Of a DNA stretch of 64,000 bases, positions 1 through 10,592 are shown piece by piece. The notes under the pieces were generated by a model. The model was given only the letters and a program-made list of their open reading frames with translations. It was not told where the DNA came from and ran no database searches. This DNA comes from Blastocladiella emersonii ATCC 22665 (taxonomy: Eukaryota; Fungi; Blastocladiomycota): positions 496,001 to 560,000 of the forward strand of contig JANHCV010000010.1 in assembly GCA_025594325.1 (NCBI GenBank), in the 5' to 3' direction. Within the stretch, counting starts at the first letter, position 1. Each line of letters begins with the position of its first letter. A program made the position numbers and the translations under genes.

Positions 1-266
1 CTACTTCCACCCCATTCCAGATCGACGCGTCGAGATGCCACGCGAGTCGCGCACCACGTGTTGCGAGGCGCGTCGAGCGTGCGCCACACGCCGGCGATCG
101 CCGCCCGACCTGAAAATCAGTTTTCGCCACCGCTCGCCGCACCGCCCCACGCGGCGCGCGCGTCAAAGGCGCCCGCCCGCCCCGCCCGCCACCCTTTCTC
201 TCCCGCCCTGGAAGCGCTACTTCTTGCTACGCTACTCAATCACCTAAACACGCACGCACCACCACC

Positions 267-1722
267 ATGGTACGGCGACGCACTCGCATGGACTACTCGC
301 ACACCGCGCTGCCGTCGCCGCGGTGGGTGCGCCACCCGACCCGGACGCGTCGGCTCACCGCCCCCCGCGCGCAACATGTAGGACGAGAAGTACGACGTCA
401 TTGTCCTCGGCACGGGGCTCACCGAGTGCATCCTGTCGGGCCTGCTGTCGGTCGAGGGCAAGAAGGTGCTGCACATGGACCGCAACGACTACTACGGCGC
501 CGACTGCGCGTCGCTCAACCTCACCCAAATGTTCCGCAAGTTCCGCGACGGCGCCGCCGCGCCCGAGTCGTTTGGCCGCGACCGCGACTACGCGATTGAC
601 CTGATCCCCAAGTTCATGATGGCCAACGGCGCGTTTGTGCGCATGCTGACGCACTGCGAGGTGACCAACTACCTCGAGTTCAAGCAGATCGCCGGGTCCT
701 ACGTGTTCCGCGACGGCAAGATCTCCAAGGTGCCCGCCAACGAGATCGAGGCCGTCAAGTCGCCGCTCATGGGCCTGTTCGAGAAGCGCCGCGCCAAGAA
801 GTTCTTCGAGTGGGTCCAGAACTACAGCGAGAAGGACCCCGCCACCTGGCAGGGCCTGGACATCAACAAGGTCACCATGGCCGAGGTCTACAAGCACTTC
901 GGGCTCGAGTCGGGCACCCAGGATTTCATCGGCCACGCCATGGCCCTGCACCTCGACGACACGTACCTGCACCAGGTCGCCAAGGAGTCGTACGAGCGCA
1001 TCGTCATGTACACCATGTCGGTGCTGCGCTACGGCAAGTCGCCCTACGTCTACCCGCTCTACGGCCTCGGCGAGCTCCCGCAGGCGTTTGCCCGCCGCTC
1101 GGCGCTGTACGGCGGCACCTACATGCTCAACAAGCCCATTGACGAGATCGTCTACGACCCGGCGACCGGCAAGGTGGCCGGCGTCAAGTCCGAGGGCGAG
1201 ACGGCGCACGCGCCCATCGTCATCGGCGACCCGTCCTACTTCCCCGCCAAGGTCGCCCCCAAGGGCAAGGTGATCCGGTCCATCTGCCTGCTCAAGCACC
1301 CGATCCCGTCCACCGACGACTCGGACTCGGTCCAGATCATCATCCCGCAGAACCAGGTCGGCCGCAAGTCGGACATCTACGTGGCCTGCGTCTCGTCGAC
1401 CCACAAGGTGTGCGCCGCGCCCTACTACGTGGCCATTGTCTCGACCAAGATCGAGACCGACAAGCCCGAGCTCGAGCTCCAGGCCGCCTACGACCTGCTC
1501 GGCCCGATCGCCGAGAAGTTTGTCTCGATTGTCGACCTCAACGAGCCCACGGCCGACGGCACCCAGGATAACGTGTTCGTGTCCAAGTCGTACGACGCGA
1601 CCTCGCACTTTGAGACGGTCTGCGAGGACGTCTTCTCCCTGTACAAGCGCGTCACGGGCAAGGACCTCCACCTCAAGTCGTGGGAGGAGCTCCAGGCCGC
1701 GGCCGCCGCGGCGCAGCAGTAA
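267..1722 (+). CDS. GDI1: Rab GDP-dissociation inhibitor
   Basis: ATG-only exon 267-269, intron 270-381 (GTACGG...GCTCAC...TAG), then DEKYDVIVLGTGLTECILSGLLSVEGKKVLHMDRNDYYG, continuing in ORF 466-1722 (DLIPKFMMANG, YPLYGLGELPQAFAR, GGTYML). Classic Rab GDI motifs. Confidence 0.97.
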
Positions 1723-1897
1723 CCGGCGAGCGTGTACCAGTACCAACCCCGAGTGAGTGTGTGTGTTTGTTTGTCGCAATACGAAATCCCTGTTCTGCTC
1801 ATCCACTCTCTCTCGCGTCGTGAGTGTGTGTGGGCTAGGGCACCATCTCGTGTATTCTTCATCAGCATCATCCCTCGACCGACCGACACGCACGGGT

Positions 1898-2642
1898 TTA
1901 CGCCTCGTTGATGAGACCGACGATCATGCTACACGAGCGCACGGGCGAGCGAGCGGGCAGTCAGCGACGCGCGGCGGGGGCGAGGAAGGGACCAGGAAGA
2001 CGCACCGGTAGAGGTAGTAGAAGAAGCAGATGAGGTAAAACCCGAGCTTGCCCAAGCTCTCGCGCTTGTGCACCTGCAGTGTCCGGAAGATCTCGGTCGG
2101 GTCGTACTTGTGTTTCTTGTCGAGGATCCTAGACGGCGGGTGCGCGCGACGCGTGCGTGCGTCAGCACTTGGCGGAGAACGCGGGACCGCAGCAACACGC
2201 ACTTCTTGACATGGTACCCGGCGAGCGGCAGGTTGATGGCGAGCGCGACCCAGCTGCCCGTCACCAGGAACGCCGACGTCAGGAACCAGTGCGCGGCAAA
2301 CTCGGGCAGCACAAACTGGTTCAGCTTCGCGCACAGGTCGATCGGGTTGATGTAGTCGCACTCGAGGTCCGAGAACATGATGATCTACGCGAGCGCGGGG
2401 GTGGGGGCGGGATGAGCGCGTGTGTCGCTCCTCGTCGTTGCGGGCGGGCGGCGGATCACGACGGAGAGCTCCGCGAGCGCCGCGTGCCACGGCGACGTGT
2501 GCACCGCGGCGCGTCGTCGAGCGTAGCTGCCACCCAGCCCATCCGATTCCCCAGGTGCATCACATACAAAGAAGACCATGGCGAACAGGAGCACCGCGGC
2601 CATGACCACGGCGAACAGGAACAGGAACGCTTCAGAGATCAT
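1898..2642 (-). CDS. ERV14: Cornichon-family ER cargo receptor
   Basis: Four exons give MISEAFLFLFAVVMAAVLLFAMVFFV / IIMFSDLECDYINPIDLCAKLN / ILDKKHKYDPTEIFRTL...KLGFYLICFFYYLYR / MIVGLINEA*. The FSDLECDYINPIDLC motif is diagnostic. Confidence 0.93.
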
Positions 2643-2924
2643 GATGTTGACTGCGCTTCCTCTTTCTCGTGGGTTGTCGATGCGTAGAGTTGCGTGATGC
2701 GTCAAGCGCTATGATACGTCCGCGGAGAGAAGGAGTGGGCGGCGCAGCCAAGAGGCGCCCAGCGTGTGAAAGGCGAGCGGTGCGTGAGCGACGCGCGCGA
2801 TGTGGGCGGCAGGCGCCACGCGTGCGGGTGCCGCCCACGTCGCTCGCCGCCGTTCGCCGCGGGCGCGCCGATCACTTCTCCCTCTCTCCCTCCCGAGAGT
2901 GGCGGCAACGGATCTTTAACGGAA

Positions 2925-4754
2925 ATGAACATGCATCGCCACGGTCATCATCAACCCGCCAAAGCACTCCTGCTCGCGGTCCTGCTGCTGTGCGCCACGT
3001 CCGCCGCGTGGGCGCGCTCGCTCACCGGCACCCGCGTCCTCGCCCTCCTCGACGACGCGGGCAAGCAGGGCGAGTACTCGAAGCTGCTCGGGTCGCTCAC
3101 CGGTAGGTTCTCGGCGTGACGTGTGTGTGGGAGGCGATTAGTCGGCTGATACGCGAGTGTAGAGCGCGGGTTCGACGTCAAGGTCGAGACCGCCGCCGCG
3201 TCCACGGCGCTGTTCGCGTACGACGAGCCTGTCGCGGACCACCTGCTCCTGATTGCGCCGTCCAAGCGTACGTCCTGTCGTGTCCTTCATTCCACGACCC
3301 GCCCTAACCCCGCACACAGAGCTCAAGTCCGGCCTGTCGCCCAAGACCCTGGTCGACTTCGTGAAGCGCGGCGGCAACGCGCTGATCGCGCTCGACGCCC
3401 GGGCCACCGACTCGCACAAGGAACTCGCCTTCGAGTTCGGCCTCGACTTTGACGACACGTCGGACGTCCGCGACTTCTTCGCCCACGCCGGCACCACCCC
3501 CGAGGCCGTCGCCGCGACCAACTTTGCCCCCGTCGACGCCCTCGTCCCCGCCGCCTTGCGCGTCCCCGACGCCGCCCCCGTCGTGTACCGCGGCATCGCC
3601 CACACGGTCCACGCGCGTGATAACCCCCTCATCGCCACGGCGCTGTTCGCCAACCCGACCACGCATTCGGCGAAGCGCGCGGATGGGAGCGGGGAGGATG
3701 TCCTGCGCCTCGTCTCGACGCTCCAGACGACGGAGAACGCGCGCATCGCGTTTATTGGGTCAACGGACGCGCTTACCGACGCGTACGTTCCGTGTCGCGA
3801 GTGTTCCTGAGCACGGCTAACGCGTACGCCGGGTGTAGCACCTTCGACACGCCCGTCGCGACCACGGACCGCCTCACGGGCACCACTTCGGCGGGCGCGA
3901 CGCGCCCGAGCAACCAGGCGTTCGTCAACGAGCTCGTGCGGTGGACGTTCCAGGAGAAGTCGGTCGTCCGCGCCGGGCGCACCGCCCACCACAAGGTCGG
4001 CGAGACCGAGCAGCGCGACATGTACCGGATCAAGGACGAGATTGTACGTTTTGTCAGTCACGCCACGGGGGCGACCGCACGACTAACCCGAACGCGATCA
4101 CAGGTCTTCAACATCACGCTGCAAGAATGGACCGGCACCTCGTGGGCGCCGCACCTGGCCGACGGCGGCGAGCTGCAGTTCTCGGCCAAGATGCTGGACC
4201 CGTACCTGCGCGTGCCCCTGCCCCTCGTCTTTACGACCGCGACCGAGGCGACGTACTCGGTCACCACGCGCCTGCCCGACGTCTACGGCGTCTTCACCTT
4301 CGCCGTCCGCTACACCCGCCCCGGCCTCGCCGCCGTCACTCACTCGGAACTCGTCTCGATCCGCCCGTTCCGGCACAACGAGTACCCGCGGTTCCTCACC
4401 GTCGCCACGCCCTACTACGCGGCCGCGGCGGCGCAGATCGCTGCGTTCGTCGTGTTCGCCGCGCTCTGGATCACGCACAAGCCGGCGCCCGCGGCTGCGG
4501 CCGCGGAGAAGAAGGTGGCGACGGAGGTGGATCCCGAGACCGAGCGCATCAACAAGGTCAACCAGCTGCTCAAGGAGGAGGAGGCCGAGAAGAAGAAGGC
4601 GGCGCAGCGCCAGGCGGCCGCAGCAGCGGCGGCAGCGGAGGTCGAGGGCAGCACCGACTCGATCGCCACCGTCACCGCGACCGCGACCGCGACGGGCGTC
4701 CCCGCCAAGCCCGCGGCCAAGAAGCGCGGCGCCGGCGCCAAGAAGAAGGCGTGA
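2925..4754 (+). CDS. WBP1: Oligosaccharyltransferase subunit OST48/Wbp1
   Basis: Signal peptide, then TRVLALLD...YSKLLGSLT, YDHLLLIAPS, LVDFVKRGGNALIA, LQTTENARIAFIGS, VRWTFQEK, FTLPDVYGVFTF-like segment, IRPFRHNEYPRF, a TM helix and a KKKA end. About 4 introns. Confidence 0.92.
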
Positions 4755-4909
4755 ACTTCTCCTCCCGTAATGGTGTTGTGTGGATCGTGAATAGCACGGC
4801 AAGTTTTTGCAATGCGTCTCGCCCGCATCTCAGTGTCCCCCTTTGACTCACAGCGCAGGCTGCGCCGCCAGCAGCTCCCGCTCCCCGCCACCCCCTGAAC
4901 ACACACACC

Positions 4910-6008
4910 ATGTATCGCCGAAATTCAAACTTCAAGACGCCGCTCCGCGCCGCGCCACCTGGTGCAACGCCAACCGCGGGGTCCAGCGCGGGTTCAGCGG
5001 CGACCGCGCGCGCCGCGGCGGTGGTGGTCCCGAGCACCCCGTCCGCAAAGAAGAAGATCGCCACGGCGACGGCCACGACGCCGCGGCTCGCCATGACCCC
5101 GCCGTCCACGGGCGGCGCCCGTGTCTCATCGGCGGCGGCCGGGTTCAAGTCGCCGCTGACGGCGCGCCGCGTGAGTGCGGGCGGGGCCGGGGTTCCGCTG
5201 AAGCGCTCGTCGTCGCTGGTCTCATCCACTACCGCTGCCGCTGCCTCGGTCCCGTCGACGCCGTCCCTGCGCACCGCGGTGGGCCGCGGCACCCTGCCCG
5301 CGACGCCCGCGTCGATCCTCGGCCGGCGCCGGCCCGGGACCCCGCCCTCCGCGACAACGCACGCGCGCGACCGGCTGCTCGCGTCCCTGCGCCGGCACAC
5401 GCGCGAGGTGCGCGGCGACGCCAAGGCGCTCGACGAGCGCGCGCGGCGGATCGGGATGTACACGAACCACCGCGACGCAGTACGTCAGATAGACGCGCTC
5501 GCTGCCGTAACCACCGAGACGCTCACACTTGACGCGTGTGTAGGGTGAACTCGACACCGTCGCGCGCCTCGTCCCGCGCTGGAAATCGATCGCGACGCGC
5601 GTGACGGGGCTGCTCGTCGACCGGTTGCGCGCGGGCGGCGCGATTGACACGATGCGGTTCCGCCGCCGCGAGTCGGTGCGCAGCGGCAAGGCGCGCGAGC
5701 GGCACAGCCATAGCCATGTGCGCCGGATCGAGGACGAGGGGGGCGCGGGGGTCGGCGCGGTCGGGTTCATGACGGCGGGCCAGATCGGCGACGGCGACGA
5801 GAGTAGGAAGCGCGCGTGGGACGGCGATGAGGGTGACGGGCGGGAAGCGAAGCGCGTGCGGGTCGAGGAGAGTAGCGGGGATGAAGATGATGATGACTAC
5901 GTCGAGCCGGGCGACGTGGCCGTGGTCTTCGAGGCGTACGGGTGGCCGCTCGAGATGCTGCGGTACGACGCCGACGCGGACGAGTTGATCGATGAGGGCG
6001 AGGCGTAG
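4910..6008 (+). CDS. Putative Sfr1/Mei5-family recombination mediator
   Basis: Intron 5480-5543 joins ORFs 4910 and 5601 in frame. Low-complexity N-terminus, coiled coil, LVPRWKSIARRV...L, an acidic loop, and terminal FEAYGWPLEMLRYDADADE resemble the Mei5/Sfr1 C-terminal domain (recognised by eye). Confidence 0.5.
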
Positions 6009-6154
6009 GGCGAGGCACGGCGAGGTTGGTGGTGTATAGCGACGAGTATATATAGTTTACGCAAACGTGGCCATCGTCACATCGCGCCGGGCGACGACGA
6101 CGACGAACAGCAGAGGGAGGGGAACAACGATGAATGGAACAACACGCGGCCGGC

Positions 6155-8107
6155 CTACTTGCGGCCCAGCACCCAGTACGTCTGCATCTTGCCCTTGCCC
6201 TTGACCTCCATGACGTCGAGCGGCTGCGTGACAAACTTGGACTTGATGAAGTGGTACGTCGACTCGGAGATGTGGATGTGGCCGGCCTTGGACGTGGACT
6301 CCATGCGCGACGCCGTGTTGACCGTGTCGCCGACGAGGCACCAGTGCGGGTTGAGGTCGCCCAGCACGCCGGCCGTGACGGGGCCCGAGTTGAGCCCGAT
6401 GCGGATGTTGATGGACTCGCCCGTGATGGTCTTGAACGACTTGATCATCTCGATGATGTCCACGGCAAAGTTGCACGCGCGCTCGGCGTGGTCGGGCACC
6501 ACGTCGGGGGCGCCCGTCACGCCCAGGTACGCGTCGCCAATCGTCTCGACCTTGTACACGCCCCACCTTTTGGCAATCGCGTCGTACTCGAGCCACAGCT
6601 TGTTGAGCGTCGCCATCATGTCCTTGGTCGAGGTGCGCGACGAGATGACCGTGAAGTTGGTGATGTCCGAGAAGAAGACGGTCACGCTCTCGTACTCCTT
6701 GGCCTCGGTCGCCTGCCCGTTCTTGAGCTGCTCGAGCACGCCCTCGGGCATCATCTTCTGCAGAATCGCGTCGCAGTTGTTGATCTGGTTCTCGAGCTCC
6801 TCGGCAATCGCCGTGATGGCGTCCACCTTCTGGTTCTGCGCCTGCTCGACCGTCGAGTTGACCAGCACCAGCGTGAGGAACACCTTGGCGCCAATGTCGA
6901 TCATCGAGAACCCGGCCTCGGCCACCGTGAACGAGATGAGCCCCGACGTGTACGAGAACCACGTGATGGGGAACAGCGACCACGTCGTGATGGTCGAGAA
7001 CCGGATCCACCGCAGGCCCGACTTCTCGACGTTGCACTGCGTCTCGCCGTCAATCGCGCCCGTGAAGCACGACCACAGCGAGTACACGACGTAGCTGAAG
7101 CACAGGCACGACACGAAGTGCGCGAGGTCGCCCCACGGCTGCTGCGCCGAGATGGCGCCAACGAACCCGGCCAGGCACAGCGCGTAGTCGTTGACAATCA
7201 CCTTGTACGGGTCGTGCGGGTACTGCGTGATCTCGGAGATGAGCAGGATGAGGACCGGGCACGTGGCGATCCACTCGAGGTACCGCGCGGGCTCGACCGG
7301 GTTCGCCATGGTGCCCTCGATGGTCGGCGTCAGGCGCAGCATGATGATGATGTACGACATGAACGAGATGAAGTTGACGCCGAGGAGGCACAGCGACAGC
7401 GCCTTCTTCTCCGGGTTGCGCGCGCCCGTGAACCCCATGTACGCAAACGACAGGCCCAGGCCGAACCCGAACGCCCCGTACCCGTACCAGATGTCGGCCC
7501 ACCCGCGGTTGTACGCCTGGCGCTCGTGGAAGAACAGCGTGTAGATGGCGCCCACCGTCGTCAGCACGATCCACGTCGTGAACTGCACCGTCAGGAACTT
7601 GAGCGACGGCGTCGACAGCATCATGTTCCACGACCACAGCTCCGACATGGCCGACTGGTAGTTGGCCAGCGCCGACCCGCCCTTGCTGCTGCTCGACCCG
7701 CCCGAGCCACCGCCGGCGCCGCCGCTGTTGTTGGACCGCGAACCCGAGTTGGAGTTGGAGATCATGCTCCCGCGCACGTTCGCCTGGCTCTCGGACTTGC
7801 GGCCTACACACACGCACGCGTGGTATAGGGGTCAGTTGGATCGCGCACCCGCTCGCGCGTACCGAAGACACGTACTGCGCAGGCCGACGGTGCTCGTGAT
7901 CTTGACGTTGGGCGACGACGGCGACGGCAGCAGCGAGGCGCCCGAGCTGCGGAACGACCCGTTGCGCGACAGCGGCTGCTCGACAATCGGGTGCTTGGTC
8001 ACCGAGCACTTGCAGTCGTCGCACAGCGTCGACGTCGGCGAGAAGCAGTACTCGGGGCAGTTGCACGACGAGCACGCCCCGCGCAGGTTATTGTCCTTGT
8101 CTTTCAT
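6155..8107 (-). CDS. GC1: Rhodopsin-guanylyl cyclase (type I opsin fused to class III guanylyl cyclase), 626 aa
   Basis: Exon 8107-7876, intron 7875-7804 (GTACGT...TAG), exon 7803-6155: 1881 nt. Helix-3 RYLEWIATCP, retinal Lys in DIGAKVF, coiled-coil linker, cyclase motifs FSDI, KVETIGDAY, HWCLVGDTVNTASRMES, VKGKG. Matches BeGC1/CyclOp as I recall it. Confidence 0.98.
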
Positions 8108-8831
8108 GGCGGTGGTGGCGGTGGTGGATGGAGAGGTCGGTGCGGCTACGGCGACGCGTATCGAGTGTGAGCGGGGGGAGGGAGAGCGGGAGCGGAAGGC
8201 AGCGAGTCGGGTGCACGCACGATTGCGCTAACTAAGGGCACGAGTCGAGGCGCGGAAGAGGCAGCGAGTCTCGATGGGCGGCGGCGCGGGACGGCTGCGG
8301 CGTGCGAAAGGGCGCGCGAGCGTGCGCGCGCGTGCCTGATAACCTTCGGCCACCGCGTCTGCATTTCCACGTTGAAAAAAAAAATGTGTCGCACCCGGGG
8401 GCGACCGCGTGCGCCGCGCGACGCGCACCCGTCCCACACGCACGCGCGGCGAGACGCGTCTCCCACCTCACGTGATGTCCCGCGACGCGTCTTCACCGCG
8501 CGTTGCGCCACAGTTGCCCCCCGTCTCCCGCTAATCGACGCCGTTCACAACACGCTTCTGATATCGCGACTTCGAGAGGGTGGGCACGATAAATAGCGGT
8601 CAGCGCGGACCGCTTGGCGAATGAGTGTCCGCGGGAGACCTGGCGGTCGCGATCGGCAGTGCGACAGGCCGCCGCGCCGATGTCTCGCGCCCGGGCGGCG
8701 TGAGCGCACGTGCCGTGTGTCTCGCGCGTCGGCTCGCGCGTTGTGACGCGACTTCTCAGTCTATCACCTCGTGCAGATCACTCAAAACGCATGTGAAACG
8801 ATTGTAACTTGCCGCCGATATCGTCGCGACC

Positions 8832-9588
8832 ATGGCCGAGAGCAACCCGAGTGACAACATCATCAACGAGTTTGCGACGTACGAGGAGTACCTCGACTCG
8901 CAGATCACGCCCATCGACCTCTTCTACCTCGAGGACAAGGACCTCGCGCGCCAGCTCGTCGAGCTCGGGTACCGCGGGTCCGGCGAGCCCATCAAGCGCG
9001 AGGAGTTTGACGCGCGCAAGAAGGCCGCCGAGAACTTTCGCCTCGCCAAGCGCTGGCAGGCCAAGCTCCTGTCCAGCCATGGCAAGGACTTTGCCCGCAG
9101 CGCCCTGCTCACGGCCCTCGCCGAGCGCGAGGAGGCGAACCGGAATGGCAAGATGACGGTACACCCAGTCGAGCGTGAGTCCGTTGGCACAAAGGCACTA
9201 ACGTCGGTGGCTCGTTTAGACCATCATCTTCCTCCGTATGCGCAACAGCCGGCAGCAGGAGATCTCGGGGTACATAGACTACGCGCACCGGCTCAAGTCC
9301 GAGTCGTTTGACGGGTACTTTGCCGGGACTAAGGTGATCCACCCGCGGCCGTCGGATCTGTCTTTCTTCAACTGGGAGACGCAGCTGTGCACCAGCAACA
9401 ACACGCCCAACTGGCAGGTCATCGCCGACAACGAGACGGGCCTGCTGTTCAAGAACAAGCGCGACCGCAAGGTCGTCAACGTTGACCCGCGCGCCGAGCC
9501 TGGCGACAACACGGAACGCAAGGAGCTCGCCTCGGTCGAGTACATCCAGGTCGTCCTCTACGACCACCTCACCCGGCGCAAGACGTGA
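8832..9588 (+). CDS. CFAP299: Cilia/flagella-associated protein 299 (C4orf22/DUF4464-like)
   Basis: [38 protein letters not shown]...EEF..RK; one intron (~9159-9220); then [57 protein letters not shown]. Confidence 0.88.
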
Positions 9589-9656
9589 GCCGCGTTTGAT
9601 GGACCGGTTATGATATCTATATATGCAGAGGACATTCAAATCACTTCAAATCACAG

Positions 9657-10373
9657 CTAGATCGTGACGGACGGCGGAACAGCTGCGCGGACCGCCTCGA
9701 TGCTCTCAGGCGGGATACGGTTCAACCGCAAGTCCAGCTTGGTCAACCCGCGCGCGCGCCGCAAGTCCATCATATTGATGACGAGAGAACTAAGGAGGTT
9801 GTTACGAAGAGAATGCTCCGTGAGCCGAGCCGGAAGCTGCAGCCCAAAGCAACTCACGCACGGGTCAACCAAATGATACGAACTCAGCCGCAGCACCTCG
9901 AGGTGCGGGGGCATGTGCTCGCCCAGTAGCAGCGAACTGCGTACACAAAAGTTGCTGTGCGAAATTTCAAGCTGGAGCAGCGGGCGCGGCAAGCGAGGAA
10001 GGAGAATTTGGAGTCCCGGCAAGGCGAGCTTGCAATTGAAGAGAACGAGTCGCTCGAGATTCTTTCACAGCAGCAGAGGGCCCTTTCCTTAGCTAAAAAT
10101 CTTAAGAAAACTGAGGGGGAGCTGCCTGGGCGCAGCGCTGCCGCCGCGGCGCGTGCGGCGGAGCAAGGTGGAGGAAGGCCGCCCACATCCTTTGAGGTGC
10201 CTAGCGTGCGCAGCGGCGGTCGCGCCGTGAATTGCGCGAGGCGGCGCGGCATGAAACGTCCGCGGGCTGGCGCGTCAGCAGCTTGAGCGCATGTCGTCTG
10301 GATCCAAGTGGAGCCTAATGGCGTGAACGAGGATCCGCTCGATAATCTTGGGTGCATAAACAGCCTTGAAAAT
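9657..10373 (-). pseudogene. LRR family A copy 1 (internally deleted, stop codons, start ATG->ATT)
   Basis: 5' end FKAVYAPKIIERILVHAIRLHLDPDD is nearly identical to the start of the 12480-14249 gene, but ATG is ATT at 10371-10373. In-frame stops lie upstream of the residual LRR ORF 9657-10022 (LTKLDLRLNRI). Confidence 0.8.
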
Positions 10374-10592
10374 TTTGCATCAAGTTTCCGTCGTCGTTTT
10401 GAAGCAGCAGCAGGGTTGCGAGGGGGGCGGAGGGAGGCTGTGTGAGCTGGCCGACCGAGAGCGCGTCCGTGGAGCGCGTCGCTCTTGCTGATCAGCCACG
10501 TGTGTTGGCGTGCAGCAAGCCCGGTGCGACGACTTTTCGCTCGGGCGTCGTCGCACGGCCGCTCTCTCCGCCCTGCCGCCCACGAAACAGCA

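Noticed and set aside
355-1893. 512-aa antisense ORF opposite GDI1 (likewise 6134-7828 opposite GC1, 33651-35198 opposite HTS1, 36016-37014 opposite TRR1, 57427-58830 opposite the SMG6-like gene)
   Set aside because: Expected shadows of extreme G/C-ending codon bias, which removes antisense stop codons; no recognisable domains.
9957-10286. Plus-strand ORF that looked like a coiled-coil or gag insert
   Set aside because: The minus strand reads as decayed LRR (KNLERLVLFNCKL...); it is the antisense of the pseudogene.
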